From assembly GCA_009914755.4 (NCBI GenBank), contig CP068257.2, positions 38,816,001-38,880,000 on the forward strand: a DNA stretch of 64,000 bases. The letters run 5' to 3'. A program made the translations under genes and the position numbers. The number at the start of each line of letters is the position of its first letter. Within the stretch, counting starts at the first letter, position 1. The stretch is from the human T2T-CHM13v2.0 reference genome, Homo sapiens. A model generated the notes under the pieces. That model saw only the letters and a list, made by a program, of their open reading frames with translations. It ran no database searches and was not told where the DNA came from. Positions 13,469 to 28,720 of this stretch are shown in pieces.

Positions 13469-14929
13469 TGTGTATTAGCTAGTCCTATTATTAATACAGT
13501 TATCATCAATGTTATTAGAATGGACCACCTGGAGCTTTGAGGACACTCTCTTAATGGACTTCAGGCAAGTTCGGGGTCTGCACTGGATGCAGGCTATGGG
13601 ACCTATTCAGCCCTTCTTTCCCCCAACCCCAAGCTTACTCAGTTGGATCTTCAGTTTCTACTAGTCTGTGGACAAGAAATGGTAAACCCTGAGGCAAACA
13701 CATAGGAATATGAAGGAAAAGGGAGTGTCTGTCTCTGAGTGCCAAGTAGACCAGATCTAGACCCTAGAGCCCAGGTTCCAAGAAGGAGGAAGTGCCAGGA
13801 CCATCTTTCTTGAGAGCCGACCAAGGAAGACATGACCCAAGAAGACAGAGCCTTGTTGTTTATTTAGCCCCCTGAAATTCACCCCTCAACCCCATCCTGT
13901 AGTCTTCTTGTAAGTCTTTCCCTTGGTCTAGCTCCCTGGAGGCCGAATAAGCATAGAGTGTTGACCATGTGTGAGTTGTCATGTGCCTCTAACAAGCAGG
14001 ATTATTCATTGTGACTTAGTTATCCAAGATATAGATATTTACCATCATTCTCTTCAGTTTTGTTTTGGTACCAAAGACAATAGATGCTAAATATTCCACA
14101 ATATGAGAAGGATTAACAAGGCAGATCCCTCACCATAAATTTATGAAACCATTCACCCTTCAAATTGGCTACCTCTCTCCTACTTCTTCTAAGCATCCTT
14201 TTGCCAAAATCATCAATGAACTTCTGGTTCCAAACATAGATCATTTCCTTCTCTTGTCTAAAAGATACTCAAACTTTAGGATAAAATTTAAACCCTTGAC
14301 CTGCCCTACCAAGCCCTGGATGAACCCCAGACTTATTTCTCTGGTTCCTTCTTAGCTCACTGGGCTTCTGTGCATGCATCTTTTCCCATCTACTCGCTGA
14401 CCAATGCCCTCTGCTCAGGATCCTTGTGCCATGGGACCCCATGATGGAATCATTTCTGAGTTTGTTGGCAACTCATCTCCATTTCCTCCTCATGCTTCTA
14501 TTCTTCCACTGCTCTTTTTCATTGCACACTGTTTATTTTGCTTTCAGAATATTTCTTACTATTTGTAAGAAATCCACTTGTTTGTTTACTTAACTAATGT
14601 TTATCTTCTCTTCTAGATTATAGATCCAGAGGGTAGAGGTTATGAAGACAACCAAACAATTACAACTTCATCCAAGGGGGTATATTGAAAGAATCCGAGC
14701 ATATTTGCTGAAAGAATGAGTTGCCCTAAAAATGTTTCTTAGTACAGAAAGTAATTCATCATATATTGTTGAATCAAAGAGTACATTATAAAATGTTAGG
14801 CACTGCACAATCCTGTTTAAGTTTATATATGTAAAATATCTGTGTATATAACTTATATATACATTTACATGCATATGTGTAGAGAGAAGTCTGGATGTTG
14901 AGGTCAAAATGGTCACAGTATCCATCTTA

Positions 14930-15010
14930 GCATGGTGACATCAGAGTGATTTTATTTTTTTAAATTTACTAGTTTTTTAAATTTAAATATTTTTAAATTT
15001 AATTTTTTTA
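14930..15010. repeat. AT-rich low-complexity tract (TTTAAATTT-type motifs)
   Basis: Direct reading. Confidence 0.8.
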
Positions 15011-15088
15011 TATTTAAAAGGTATCTGCTACCTTTTAATAATAAACATGTACTACCAATGTATTCAATAATTTATAAAAAGAATATGA

Positions 15089-15408
<320 letters not shown>

Positions 15409-17264
15409 GAGTTAATTTTTTATTAATGTTTAGACTCTCCAACTGGAACATGCCCCCTTAATGAAGGAAATAATACAGGATACATCTGTGAACCTTGTCT
15501 CTCTTCCCCGGTACATGTGTTCATGTGTATGCATGTGTGGATGGACATGAAACAAAAGCATACAAAATAGCAGAGGAGAGAGTATAACTCTTCTTGTTAT
15601 AAAGTATTAGATGATAAGTTCCCGAGATGCAGAAATCACCACTACAGATTTCTTAGTTATTTCCTTTGTTATGTTTGCTCTCACACCTGTGGATCATATC
15701 GTGTTGATAAAAATCTATATTAGTGACAGGAAGGCTATGTGGATCTTCTGAGTATTGGCTAATTTATGTAATTCGCTTAATCAATTTCTTTTACCAGCAT
15801 GAAATGCTAACTCATTCCAAAATAGAAATCTTAAACAAGGTTTTAATTAACATTTGTATTGCTATGGGCATGTATCTGCATAATGTACCCTACTTGGTAG
15901 ATCCATTTATGCTGCAGTAGAGTGTCAATAAAGACGTTGAAATCCTTCTTTATTTCGGTAGTATTTTGTATCTCACAAAACTGTAACATCTCTTAATTAA
16001 AGAGAATGTTCATATGGCTTCATTGTGAGTTAAAGAGTTGAAGCTGCAGATGGATTACAGGATTCCATTCATGGTGGTCTGTGTTCCCGTCTGTGTTCCT
16101 GCTGGGGAAGCCAGGTTTCCACAGTCCTACTCCTCATGACTAGGTTATTTCATGATCAAAATAAAATCTAGGTTTATATCATCACTTGTTATGTCCAATA
16201 TGAGTTCAACATTATTTTTAAATAGTAAATTCACATTAGTAATCTATGAGTTTTCATTTGGTCAATATAATTTCACTGGTGAAATTTTTAAAAAAGTAAA
16301 GGAAAGGTAATGTCCTCATAACAAACACTAGCAGATGTAAGATGGGTCCTATTTTCTCTGCTTTACATCATTCCTACAGTTGTAGTGATTACAAGTGACA
16401 TGAAATGAAATATTTTAAAGTTTTAATTATTCTACCAGATTTACAGCAGCTCTACATCATATTTGTATTCCTATCCACTTTACAAAGTTGACAAACAGGC
16501 ATTTATGTCAAGCTTTCTGGCTGTGAACTTAGTATTTTCACCAATAATTTAGAAGAAAGTAAGTGAAGAAAAACACTTAAATAACCTAATCTTGTGCAAA
16601 ATGGGGATTTCCTTAAGACAAGGAATAAGGTGCAATAATAGAGGAAAAACTGCTGCTTTTACTTTTCTTTCCCTCCTTGTCTTTCCAGCATTAATAGGGG
16701 CTACTTTCCTTTCTCAACTTTGAAATATTCTAAAACATGTTCAAGAGAGGATTCATAACTAAAACTGGAGACTCAGGATACTAGATTGTGGCCAATCTAT
16801 CATTTTTCCCACTGTTTGCCATTCCCTGAGGGTATGAGGTGTACACTTGTCAGGGCTGTTGACTTTAGAGTCCGACATGTAACTGGCAGCCAAGGTCGTG
16901 ATAGCAGAATGTCTGGAACAGAGGTTTTAAATGTTTTTGTGTGGCTTGGCTTGTCTCTGACACTGCTGTGATCTGCCTGAGAAGAGAAAACCCCACATAC
17001 TTACTAGCATAAGGGAGAGGAGAATCAAGTAGGGCCAATCTGGACCAATCTGGTACCTGGAGGCAAGTCCAACCTAAACCGGTTGAGCATAGCCAATATC
17101 CAGCCACCTGGAGCACCCATGAGCAAGAGAGAGAGATGCTTTTAGATTCAGGGGCTATTTGTTACACTGCATTATTGCAGTAATGGCTGACTAATACATA
17201 TTCTATTTTTAAAAACTGGGGCATAGCATAAAATATTTACAAAATGAATAAGAACTGATACAAT

Positions 17265-17380
17265 TATCTGGGCCTGATCCTCTTATCTGGTAGATGAGAA
17301 CACTGAGGCCCATGATGTTGTAACTTGCTCCAAAGTAGAGAAGGGAATAGGATCAAGGTCTTCTGATGCTCAGTGACTGT
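17265..17380 (-). mobile_element. MIR SINE fragment
   Basis: GGTAGATGAGAACACTGAGGCCCATGATGTTGTAACTTGCTCCAAAGTAGAGAAGGGAATAGGATCAAGGTCTTCTGATGCTCAG resembles the MIR core reverse complement. Confidence 0.4.
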
Positions 17381-20300
17381 TCACACTGAACAATGGCAGA
17401 TTACATATGATGGTGGGATTTGTAATGTACCCTGGATGATGCTGTCTACCTCCATTCCCTACATGTGCCTCACTCACTGTCCATCCCACATTCTTCCTTC
17501 CTGCTTCAAAGCTTCTCTATCACTGACCTACGCTTGCCCTACATTGTCTATGTTTTCTGTTTAGTCCATTTGGGCTGCTATAACAAAATATGGTTCTGGA
17601 GCCTGGGGAATCTAAGAATAAGGCCCCAGGAGATTCTGTGTCTGGTGAGGGCATATTCTGTGCTTCCAGGATGGTACTTTCTCTCTGTATCCTCACATGG
17701 TGGAAGAGACAAGGCAGCCCCTTCAACATCTGTTATGAGAGCACTAATCCCATTCATGAGAGTGGAGTTCTCATGTCTTAATCACTTCCCAAAAGGCTCT
17801 ACCTCTTAATATTATCACATTGGGTATTAGGTTCCAACATATGAATTCTGGGGTGACACCAGCATTCAGATCACAGCACCTCAGAAGCTTTAATTGCGTG
17901 CTGGCCTCTGGGCTGTTAGGTGACTCAGTTCACTCTGGGATAATGCAACATTGGTTCTGTTCTGTTGGAGACTGGTGACTTAAGTGAGTCGTCTCTTTAA
18001 ATCACATTCTGTTTCCATGTGTTTGTTTTGTTATCCCAAATCACTTTCCAAATCTCAGATTGGCAGGAAATCCTAATTAAACCCTTTGGGGTATCTCAGC
18101 TATGAAGCCTGTAGTTGATCACGTGTTATCATTAGTCAGCTAATTTCATATGCCTCCCTTGCCCGTCATCACTTTCAGGTAAATAAGGGAGAACATAAAA
18201 TGAAACATCTGGCACACAAGGTCATAGATAAAATCTACTACCCTCAGAATGGCCTCTGAAAATCCAGTTAGGATTTAGAATTAAGGTTGGTTCTTTCCAG
18301 ATGCCAGTTAACTGAACCCTTGCTCTGAAGAATCCTCATCTCCTTCAGAAAACCTTCACTACATAGTAACTATGGAAATTTGCAACTAAGACTATATAAA
18401 ACATGCTTGATGTTTTTTGAAAGAGAAGCATATTCTTGTTTTCTCTAATGACTTGGATTTTACAGTTCACACTGAATGCAAATAATAAGACTCTATTACC
18501 TTCAATGCAAGGATCTTCAATTAGTCTAGGAAACTGGTTTCTGTATTAGAAAAATATGTGCATATCTGTTAAGATGAACACATGGCTTAATGAGGGATCA
18601 ACTTGCCTGTATATTAGAGTTTCAGTAAAATGCTCTTGGTTTTGGAAACAAAGGTTTAAGAGGATACGTTAGCTTTATATTCTTACGTGGGAACTTATTA
18701 CCTGACAGACATCAAGAAGTGATGTCAAGAATACCTAAAAGCTATTTAAGTTTAAATAGTAATTTAGGTTTATTAAAACCATATTAGTTATTTAGGTCTA
18801 ATACCACTGTTTACAGTGTTCCTGAAAGATTATTACATAGTCCAAATAATGGATACTGATGGTCATTGCATGCTGAAATGACCTGCTGGCTTGTCTGCTT
18901 GACTTTGTCATCAATCAAGGCAACTGTGGACTCTGCTAAGGCCATGTCATGTAATCCAATGGAAAGGTCCAGTCCTATGGCCACTGGGCACAAGGAATGT
19001 CAGCCCATCTTGGATGTTGTCAGTGGAAATCTTTACTGCATACAGTGCTTTGCTGGTCAGACCCCACTCAGTATCCTTCCAGTTTATCTTCCGTTAAGCA
19101 CCCAGGGCCCCCTCTGCAAAAAAGTGAAGGATCAACTGCATTAAGGAAGAGCGATTCCCAGTCAGTGTTTCTGTCAATATTAAAACCAGCAAAAAAGCAA
19201 ATGTGTTTAGTGTGTGGTTTACAATGGCCAGAACAGGCTCTGGCCAAGTCTCAAAGTGAATTTCATTTAAGAATCACTCTCAGCAACTCAGGTTTATGGC
19301 TCTCCCCTCAAAGGAAATAATTCTACTGACTACCATTAAATAAACATATCTGTTTTCAACTTAAAGTAGAGCAACCACATGTTCCCTAAGAAATCTAGAA
19401 GTCTTTTATTGGAAATAGTACTTAAGAATGAAAATATAAATCCCTATGACTTTCAAAGTCCTGTTGGGGAAATACTAATGACAGGGCCAGCCCCAAATGC
19501 AGCAAAGATGACAAGGTACACTCACAAATAGAGACAGGATTGAGTGATGCTGAAGACCCCAATGTCTCCTCTACTGATGAGGTAGCCTGTCTGCCAAGGT
19601 GCCCTCCCGCTTGGTCACCTCCTTGTGTTCCTGTGCTGTGCTTATTCTGTCATGCTCTGGCAGAGATGGTGTGGGATGCAGATGAGATCCCTTCCCTAGC
19701 AGCACAGGGGTCACTGTAGGGAACCCACCAATGAACATTTCTTCCTCAGGGTGGAGGATTTACTAATCAGGCTAAGGTTGGGCATGTAGGTGAATGAAAC
19801 TCGACTCCTTACAGTCTCATACCCAAGCATGGGCTGCATCATGGAAGGTGGAGATTGCTGCATTACCATCACAAAACCTAACACTGACAATTTCCTTCTA
19901 AAAGTCCCATGACTCATTTTGGTTGTAAAAGGTCTAGGATAAGTAAAGACCACGAACAAACTAAAATGTACTTATTGTATTTTTCACAAACCTCTGAAAT
20001 ATTTATTCTTTTCTGGGTACCATTACTGTTCGTGTGCTTTATGGTTTGACAACAATGAACCACCTCTATCCAAGGCTATAGTGTGTAAGAGTAACCTATG
20101 ATCACAAAACATTACTCAAATTAGGAAAAAAAGTATTTCAGACATTCCAGACCCAATGGAAAGACTGATTCTAATTTACACAGCGAAATGCTATGGCAAA
20201 CTTTCCTTTTCTTGGTTTTTCTAATAAAAAAACACATTCATCATGCAACATAACTCCTTACTGTGGTTATGGCAACTCTGAATACAATACATTTGTACTT

Positions 20301-20696
20301 TCAGCAACAATAATCATTTTGAAAGAATAAGCACATTTCTGTTGGTGGTGAATGACATTAATTTTTTTCTCCTAAATCAGACAGCTTATCTGTGGTAGGT
20401 GTTCCACAAAATATAGCAGCATAACGAGGAGGAGCGTGATGCTTATATCGATCAACTTCAAACCTACTTGGAATTTTTAAGTTCTATTTTTATGTGATTG
20501 CTCTATTCTTCAAGACCAATTTACTTTGCTAAAGGGCATTTTTGATCAATTAGATATTTATTTCTACAGTTGTTATAATATTAGCCTAATAAAATTAAGC
20601 ATTTCTTGTACATGTTGAATAAAATTCAATATAAAGGCTAACTTCCCTCAATAGGTCAACATGGAAATCAACTGTGTTTTATAGTCTGTTTATTGT

Positions 20697-21300
20697 GTGT
20701 GATGATTTTGTGTGTGTCAACTTGACTGGCTAAGGGATGCCCAGATAGCTGGTGAAACATTAATTCTGGATGTGTCTGTGAAGCGAGGATGTTTTTGGAA
20801 GAAATCAGCATTTAAATCAGTAGGCTGAGTAAACAAGATGGCCCTCAGCAACGTAGGCACACACCATCCAATCCAATGAAGGCCCAAATAGAACAAAAAC
20901 ATAGAGGAAGGGTGAGTTCATTCTCTCTTCTTGAGCTAGAACATCTGTCTCCTCCTGCAATGGACATCGCAGCTCCTGGTTCTCTGACATTTGGACTCTA
21001 GGACTTACACTAGTGGCCCCCCAGTTCTCAAGCACTGGAACTTGGACTGGGAATTATACCACTGGGTCCCCTGGTTCTCAAATCTTGAGACTCAGGCTGA
21101 CTCGCACCACCAGCTTTCCTGGTTCAGCTTGTAGGGAAATGATCATGGGACTGCTTGACCTTCCTAATAAATAATAATCAATCTATTTATCTATAATAAA
21201 TCAATAATAAATCAATAATATTTATCATAATAAATCAATCTATTTATCTATCTACTTTATCTAATCTTCTACTGGCTCTCTGATTTCTCTGGAGTACTTT
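20697..21300 (+). mobile_element. MaLR solo LTR, MLT1-type, with an AT-rich low-complexity expansion near its 3' end (21165-21270)
   Basis: TGTGATGATTTTGTGTGTGTCAACTTGACTGGCTAAGGGATGCCCAGATAGCTGGTGAAACATTAATTCTGGATGTGTCTGTGAAG...ATCAGCATTTAAATCAGTAGGCTGAGTAAACAAGATGGCCCTCAGCAACGTAGGCACACACCATCCAATCCAATGAAGGCCCAAATAGAACAAAAAC...TTCTACTGGCTCTCTGATTTCTCTGGAG. Confidence 0.7.
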
Positions 21301-24300
21301 AATGTATGCTGCAAACAAAATCTATTTCTTTTGTTTTTAGGAGTATATTCTCACAAAATCAATTCAAAAATATAATTATGAGAGTTTTGTCTCTGGATGG
21401 AGGGTGAAAAGGCTAAATCTTGTTCATATTTATTTTGTTTTCTTGTTGCTGCTATAACAAACTGCCACAAACTTAGTGGTTTAAAACAACACACATTTAT
21501 TTATATCTTATACTTTTGGTGGTTAGGAGTTGAACTTGAGTCTCACTGAACTAAATGAAGGTGGGCAGGACTGCATTTATACAGAAGCCTCTGAAGAGAA
21601 AATTATTATTATTATTCCTTTTCCAGCTTTCAGAGGCTGCCGAAATTTCTTGGCTTGTGGCCCTTTTCCCCATCTTCAAGTTCAGCACCATAGACTCTCT
21701 CCGGCCATCTTCTGTAGTCACGCCTCCCTCTGACTATGTCTGAAAAAGGTCTTCTGCCTTTAAGGATGCATATGATTAGTTTGGGCCCACCTGGATAATA
21801 GAGGATAAACTCTCTACCTCAAGGTCATTTAACTGCAGCTGCACCCTTACTTCCCTTTTCCCATGGAATGTAACATAACACAAGTTTTGGGAATTAGGAT
21901 GTTAGGCATCTTTGGTGGGGGAGCATCATTCTATCACAATATTTTTATATACATGACTATTTCTCAAGTATATTCCTCACCTGTAAGAGCTGTACATCCC
22001 ACAATGTGAAATTGTAAATGCATGACACTAATCCGTATCCTTGTATTCTCAGAAATGAAAGATGAAAAGAAAACATCCAGTTATTACATTCACTTTTTAG
22101 AAATCAAAATAAACTTGTACCTCCCACAGATGTTGATGTGTGACCAAAAAAGTGATTTCAGGAGTCATCTATGATGTATTGTCTAATGCTATATTCTAAA
22201 CAGTAATCAAGCAGTTATTTTAAAAGCTAGTTCTGCTGCATCATATGACTTATGCCTGTGTTCTTCTGGTGGCAGTTTTTGTTGAAGATAAAAGCATGAA
22301 AACATTGAGCCAAGGTAATCAGAAGAGCTAACATCTATATATCTTTTTTACTTCTAAACTTCTTCAGTTTCTTTGATGAAACAGTCTTAAATTTCTTAAT
22401 AAAGATTAGGCATACTGTACCTCATAGGAATTTTCACAATTACATTAATATATTTGATTTAAGCCTATTTTTAATTAATTCTATACATTATAATAGTTGA
22501 TGGCCAAATCCACAATACATAAGCCAATTAAAATATTTCTTCAAAGGCAGAAATAAAATTTAATATGTTACATTTGATTTTTTGTGTTTCTTTTAAGAAA
22601 GTTCTGCCTTGGGATACACAGGAGAAAAACTCAATGAAATGTTCAGTGACATTTCTCCATACACATCAACATAAATGTCAATATGCAGTGAAAAGTCTTA
22701 GAAAGCTATACAGGAAATGGTTAACAAGTTACTCTGGTACTCATTTAAAAAAAAATTTTCTTCACACCATGGCACAATAGCACCTTTATAAACCAAACCA
22801 AACAACGTAACATAAAATAATACATCTGAAGATTCCTGCTTGCTTTGATACTGGGAAAACCAGCAGAACAAATCACTTTTAGTTTGCTGAAGAGGCCGTC
22901 AAGTACAGATTTTTAAAATGTTCTAGTCCTGGCTGACACTTGAAAATAGATCCCACATGTTTTTGATGTACCACTGTTTGCCTTCAAATTCTGGCCACAA
23001 TCTTATTAATTCATTCACAACTACATGAAACTCAGCACTTTGCTTTCAGTAATGAAAAAAAATGTTATTTACCCAGAAACACAAGCTTGATGGCCTTGGA
23101 AAAAAATATTTACAGGGATAAAGCCCTTGATTTAGGATTCATGGACAATGACTTCAGAACATTTGATGAATTGCCCATATTCACAGCCTACAACATAGGT
23201 TTTAATTCAGAAATAAAATTTGCTTGCAAATGTTTGAGATTTTTATCTTTCATAGGCATGAAGTTTATCTAAGCCATCAGGGCTCACAGGGTCTATGTTA
23301 CATATGATTGTTATTGAATATACTGAGACTTTATCAAAGGTAAGTTTTGTTGTTGTTGCTGCTTTTTAATGACAGACATTACTATATCTCTGAAAAGAAA
23401 TGTATAGGAAGCTTCTTACTAAGGAACGCATATGTAAAATTTCCAGTAACGATTGAACAGTACTATTTGTTTCTTTTTTGCATCTTAGGATTTCAATCTT
23501 ATTTTATAAACGTGTGAATCTCTGCAGGTCACCTACCCTCCTGCTCAAGATATGTTCTGTTGGTGGGCATTCTGGCCAGTTGGCTGGACCATTCCAGGAT
23601 GGATGAAAATCTGTATGCCTTGTCCTTCAAGGGCAGGCCTACAAATAAGCATGCACGTCAGTGGAGTTGGGGGCAGGAAGGCCAAAGATTTCCGAGATGC
23701 TTTGCAAGTCATCTCTGGGCATTCAGCCCCATCATCCAGAGGCTCTGCCCCACTGGAATTTGGATCGCCTGTTGATGGCTGAGGTTAAGTTGTTCAGACT
23801 CCAAAGGGCCACAATGTAAGAGAAGGCCAGTCTCCAGCATTTATAAAAAAGAACAGGAGGTATTTTAATGAAAGGAGAGCACTTACTATTATGGCCCAGC
23901 TCCCCATGGCACTTTCTACTGGCTTAGACATCCCTTCTTTTTGAATGAAACATAAATCTTTATAAAAAGATTAGTGGGGCTGCTTTAATGGTTATGAAAG
24001 GTAACAGACTTGGGGTAGTAAAGAAATTTCCACATCAAACACATGAGATAATTGAGTGTTTCTTGGTTTTGTATCCATGTGATGTATTCATAAGAATCCT
24101 ACACAATTAGGTGTGTGGGGCTCGTATCATGTCATATTAAGTCTGCACCAGGTATATATAGCTGTCAGAATAAATTCCATTAAAATTGCTTTCTCAGTTG
24201 CATCAAACATCCATGTGCCAAAGCACAACAATGATAGTAATTTAGCCGCAACTGTTTCCAGAACACATGGTGGACTGCCTAGAAGTGTACAAATAAATCA

Positions 24301-24759
24301 AATCACTAGGGTTCGAATTTCAGGGTGGCTGGAGGATGTGTGCACGCCAGAAACTATTTGGATTATTAACATCAATGCAATACCCAAGTGTTCCATTATT
24401 GGAACACTAAACATGTGGGAGTTATTTATATCCTACTGCTCAAGGTCATCATCAAAGTCTGATTTTTCACTGACGCAAAAATTCAAAAAAATTGCAACCT
24501 CCAGCATAAATGGGTTTAAGGAGGTATTCCCAGTTCACTGTGGATACTGGTTATGACAGAAGGGTCCCTCAACAGTCAGCGCTACTGCTGAAAGATTCCA
24601 ATTGATTACCTCCCTGGGACTATGAAGTACCGATAGGCCCCTCAACCAGGAGAATTTCAAAAATAATTTTTCCTACCCATTATACACAAAATCAAGATGA
24701 TTAAATGTGGAGAAAAATACATCCAATGAAAAATACAGAACACTGTATAGATACACAGA

Positions 24760-24830
24760 CTATATGTACTATATATAGATACAGAGCACTATATAATATC
24801 TATAATAGTATATACATACTATGTATACAC

Positions 24831-24837
<7 letters not shown>
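24760..24837. repeat. TA-rich low-complexity tract preceding the (CA)n run
   Basis: ATATATAGATACAGAGCACTATATAATATCTATAATAGTATATACATACTATGTATACACTATATTAC. Confidence 0.8.

Positions 24838-24867
<30 letters not shown>
24838..24867. repeat. (CA)n microsatellite, ~15 repeats
   Basis: Direct reading. Confidence 0.95.
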
Positions 24868-24870
<3 letters not shown>

Positions 24871-25637
24871 ATCCTGGAGGTATCCTGGAAAATACTCTGT
24901 AAATGCATCAATCTAACTTGTGAAATAAAAAACTGAGTATTCAAATCTGATTTCTGAACAATTACACCTTTTACAAGCTGGTTCAGGAAACGTGTGCATC
25001 GGGACATAAAGAGGTTTATGATATTTAGTGAAGTTAAGAAGTTAAAGAGTGATATCGTATGCAATTCTTGTTTTGCTCGTAAACATTTTTCAATTGAAAG
25101 TTTAGTTTCAACAGTTACTCTAATAACTTATTAGCATTATACAAAGTATAAAATATATTACCTGCCAAATAGTATCAAGCAAACTTCTATATTCTATTTC
25201 ATAAAGCATACAATACAGCACTCATGCTCTAGCAAGCAGGATGCTACTAGGTTATGTGATATCAACGTCTGTGAGAGTTCCCTACCAATAGAAAAAAAGA
25301 AACTCAAAATGTTAGGATTTAGTTGCTTTTTTTTTAGTGCATGATGCAAACCATTCTCTACCAAGGCTCATAGAGCCTTGGTAATAGCTGCAAAGAAGAT
25401 GTGATCTAGGATTTGTGCCAAGTGTTATATTCTATACAGGAAAATAGGGAAATCTGTAAAATTCTGGCTTGGGCTGAAATCAGTAGTTTATGCTTCAGTT
25501 GTTGAATTAGACATAATTAGGTAATTCCATATTAAGTTCAGAATGGCATTTAAAATGAGTTTGGATATTTCCAGTCTTTCTTTGCCTGCTGCTAGACAGA
25601 AACATGGCTGCCTCTCTGGTTCCTGAATTTTAAAGAC

Positions 25638-25638
<1 letters not shown>

Positions 25639-25694
<56 letters not shown>
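25639..25694. repeat. (GT)n microsatellite, ~27 repeats
   Basis: Direct reading. Confidence 0.97.
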
Positions 25695-25697
<3 letters not shown>

Positions 25698-28074
25698 ATA
25701 TATGTGTATATCTACACATACATGCAAACACACATAAGTAATATCACACACTTATGTGAATTACTGCATAAAATCAAGCTTAATGTATAACCTTTTTATC
25801 TGCTTTCTGACTTTATAGGATTAATATGTGATAAGCGTACTCCCTTATCTCTTTCAGAATGTATTCTTTCTTGAGAAGATAAGGATGGAGAGATCTACTG
25901 AAAAAGCAATGCACAGTCCTGTCATATTGTCCTAGCATGACATAAAATTCCATGGTATGTCACACTAGGAAAGGTCACACTGACAAGCTGACAGCTGCAA
26001 TCCTGACAGATTCTGCACTATGACAGGCAAATGACTTTATGTCCTCAATGCACAAAACGCCTGCAACAACAAAATGCATGTTTTCCTTTGCATTTGCAAA
26101 ACATCCCAGAAAGCTTCAATTACCCTCAACGATTTTCCAGCTATCCTTGGGGACCACTGCCCATGTCCTGATCCAACACCTTAGGATGACAATTCCACCA
26201 TCCATCTGAGCATTGCTTAGTACTAATGCCAATAAATATTTGCTGCTGTTGACAAGAGATAAACAAAAGTAGAACATCAAAGTGCTACAACTCTTCTTTT
26301 AAGAACAGATAATATTCAATTAAGAAACATTTATATTGAAATGCTTGAAGCACTGAGGTTATATAAAGTACAAACAGTCCCTGCCCTCCTGTAAAAGTAT
26401 TCTAACTGAAAAGCTCAGGAGATGAACTAATTAGTCACTAACAAGACTAAAAGGAAGTAAGAGCCTTGGCCCTTGAATCAGCAAAGGCATCCATTGTGTG
26501 TAAGTACATCGAAGCAGGGGATATGTCCTTGGCTGGGCCTATGCCTGGCACATGAAACTATTCTACTCTCCAACAGGGCCCTAACATGGGAACAAGGTTC
26601 ACGAGTACACCCCAAATACCTGCCTAGGTAGGATAAAGAAAAACACATCCTAATGAGCAAACTTACGGACTGAAACAGAAAGATATATATAAGCCAATTA
26701 GACAGTCTGTCACCATGGCAAAGTCTGCTCATGATGAATCAGGGCAATTTTCTCTTTTTTCTAATCTATATCAAATGTCTAAACTCTCACCATGTTCAGG
26801 GGACTGTTCAGGTTTCATTCCCAGTTATGAAAGGCAGTATAATGAAACAATGAAGGTGTCAGAAACTCAGCCTAGTCACGTGTTCGTATGTGGCTTTAGC
26901 CATAACATGTGCTCTGAGTTTCTTTTGTTCTTCTGTGAAATGAAGATTACAATGCCCAAATTGAAGGATTGTCAAAAGGATGAAATGAAACCATATCTGT
27001 GAAAGTTTTCTGTGAAGACCACTCTGAAACACTCAATTTTCAATTACCCAATTTTCCCACTTTAAAAAATGTATGACTAAAGCAGAAAAAGCAATATAAC
27101 AATGTAAAGGCACTATATAGAACAGAAAGGAATCCTTCTAGAATGAAGAGGAAGGATGGGCAAAGAGTTCACACGGGGAAGTGTTTAATAGCTGCAGAGT
27201 TTATACAATTCATCTTTGAAAAAAACTAAGTGATTTCCGTACATGCAAATCACCTTCCCAAATCAAGGGAAATCAAATGAAAATGTAGAAGTCGCCACAA
27301 GAAGGTCTCTGCAGTATCTCAGGCAGAAGCATTCTTCTCAAAGTAGGGTAAATATACAGAGAGGAAACACTACCAATGGCTTAATCACAGACTTTGGTGA
27401 TGACTTTGGTGATGGGTACCTCTCCTTTCGAGTGTGTGGCACCATAAAATAGTAGGAGAGGCAGGGCCAGATAAATTCTATCTCGACGTCCACAAGAATG
27501 GGTGAGGCAGAGGTCCTCAGAATCACAAACTGCGCACAACCTGCTGACCTTGGTAGGCTGGAGAGAAGTGAAGTGGAACAACTCACACAGAAATGTAACC
27601 TGATATCAGAAGGTACTTCCCTGTAAATGGGGGATGACTCCTACTAATCTAGTTATGCTTTCCCCGCTCCAAATAAACCTTTTGCAAGTACCTGATCTAG
27701 GAAGACTTCCACCAAAAAGCGAGACATAGATCAAGAAGCTCCCAGCATGGGATTGATATCAATGTAATGTAAGACCAGGTTCAGAGAAGCACTGGAAAAA
27801 CAAGTGGAACATAATGCTCCACCAGAAAAAGTAGTTATTGAGCCGACGAATCATTTGAACGAAATGTATGGTCATGAATGAAAAGAACTGAATGAAGCAA
27901 TCAAATAGCTCAGAGCAGAGGTAAAAGATGAAGTTCAGACGAGAGAAAGATGGAATATAAGCTATCAGAATACTTGAAAGAAAAAAAGGGAATTAAAAAA
28001 TAAAAAAACTGATTGCCATATTGTAATCAACCCAAAGAAACTAGACACTGTCCAGAAGAGGAAGAATTGCATTA

Positions 28075-28563
<489 letters not shown>

Positions 28564-28572
28564 CTAAAAAGT

Positions 28573-28720
28573 ATTAATATACCTAATGCTAAATGACGAG
28601 TTAATGGGTGCAGCACACCAACATGGCACATGTATACATATGTAACAAACCTGCACATTGTGCACATGTACCCTAAAACTTAAAGTATAATAATAATAAA
28701 AGAAAAGAAAAAGAAAAAAG
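28573..28720 (+). mobile_element. LINE-1 (L1PA-type) 3'-terminal fragment with A-rich tail
   Basis: ATACCTAATGCTAAATGACGAGTTAATGGGTGCAGCACACCAACATGGCACATGTATACATATGTAACAAACCTGCACATTGTGCACATGTACCCTAAAACTTAAAGTATAATAATAATAAAAG is the young-L1 3' UTR end. Confidence 0.9.

Noticed and set aside
21165-21270. Repeated ATAATAAATCAATCTATTTATCT units
   Set aside because: This is an AT-rich low-complexity expansion inside the 3' part of an MLT1 LTR, best explained as local slippage. It is noted within the MLT1 feature rather than as a separate element.
24113-24556. 147-aa plus-strand ORF in unique sequence
   Set aside because: It has no recognisable motif, no flanking splice or promoter signals, and an AT-rich composition typical of random ORFs in this GC range. 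One ORF of about 150 aa is not surprising in 64 kb.
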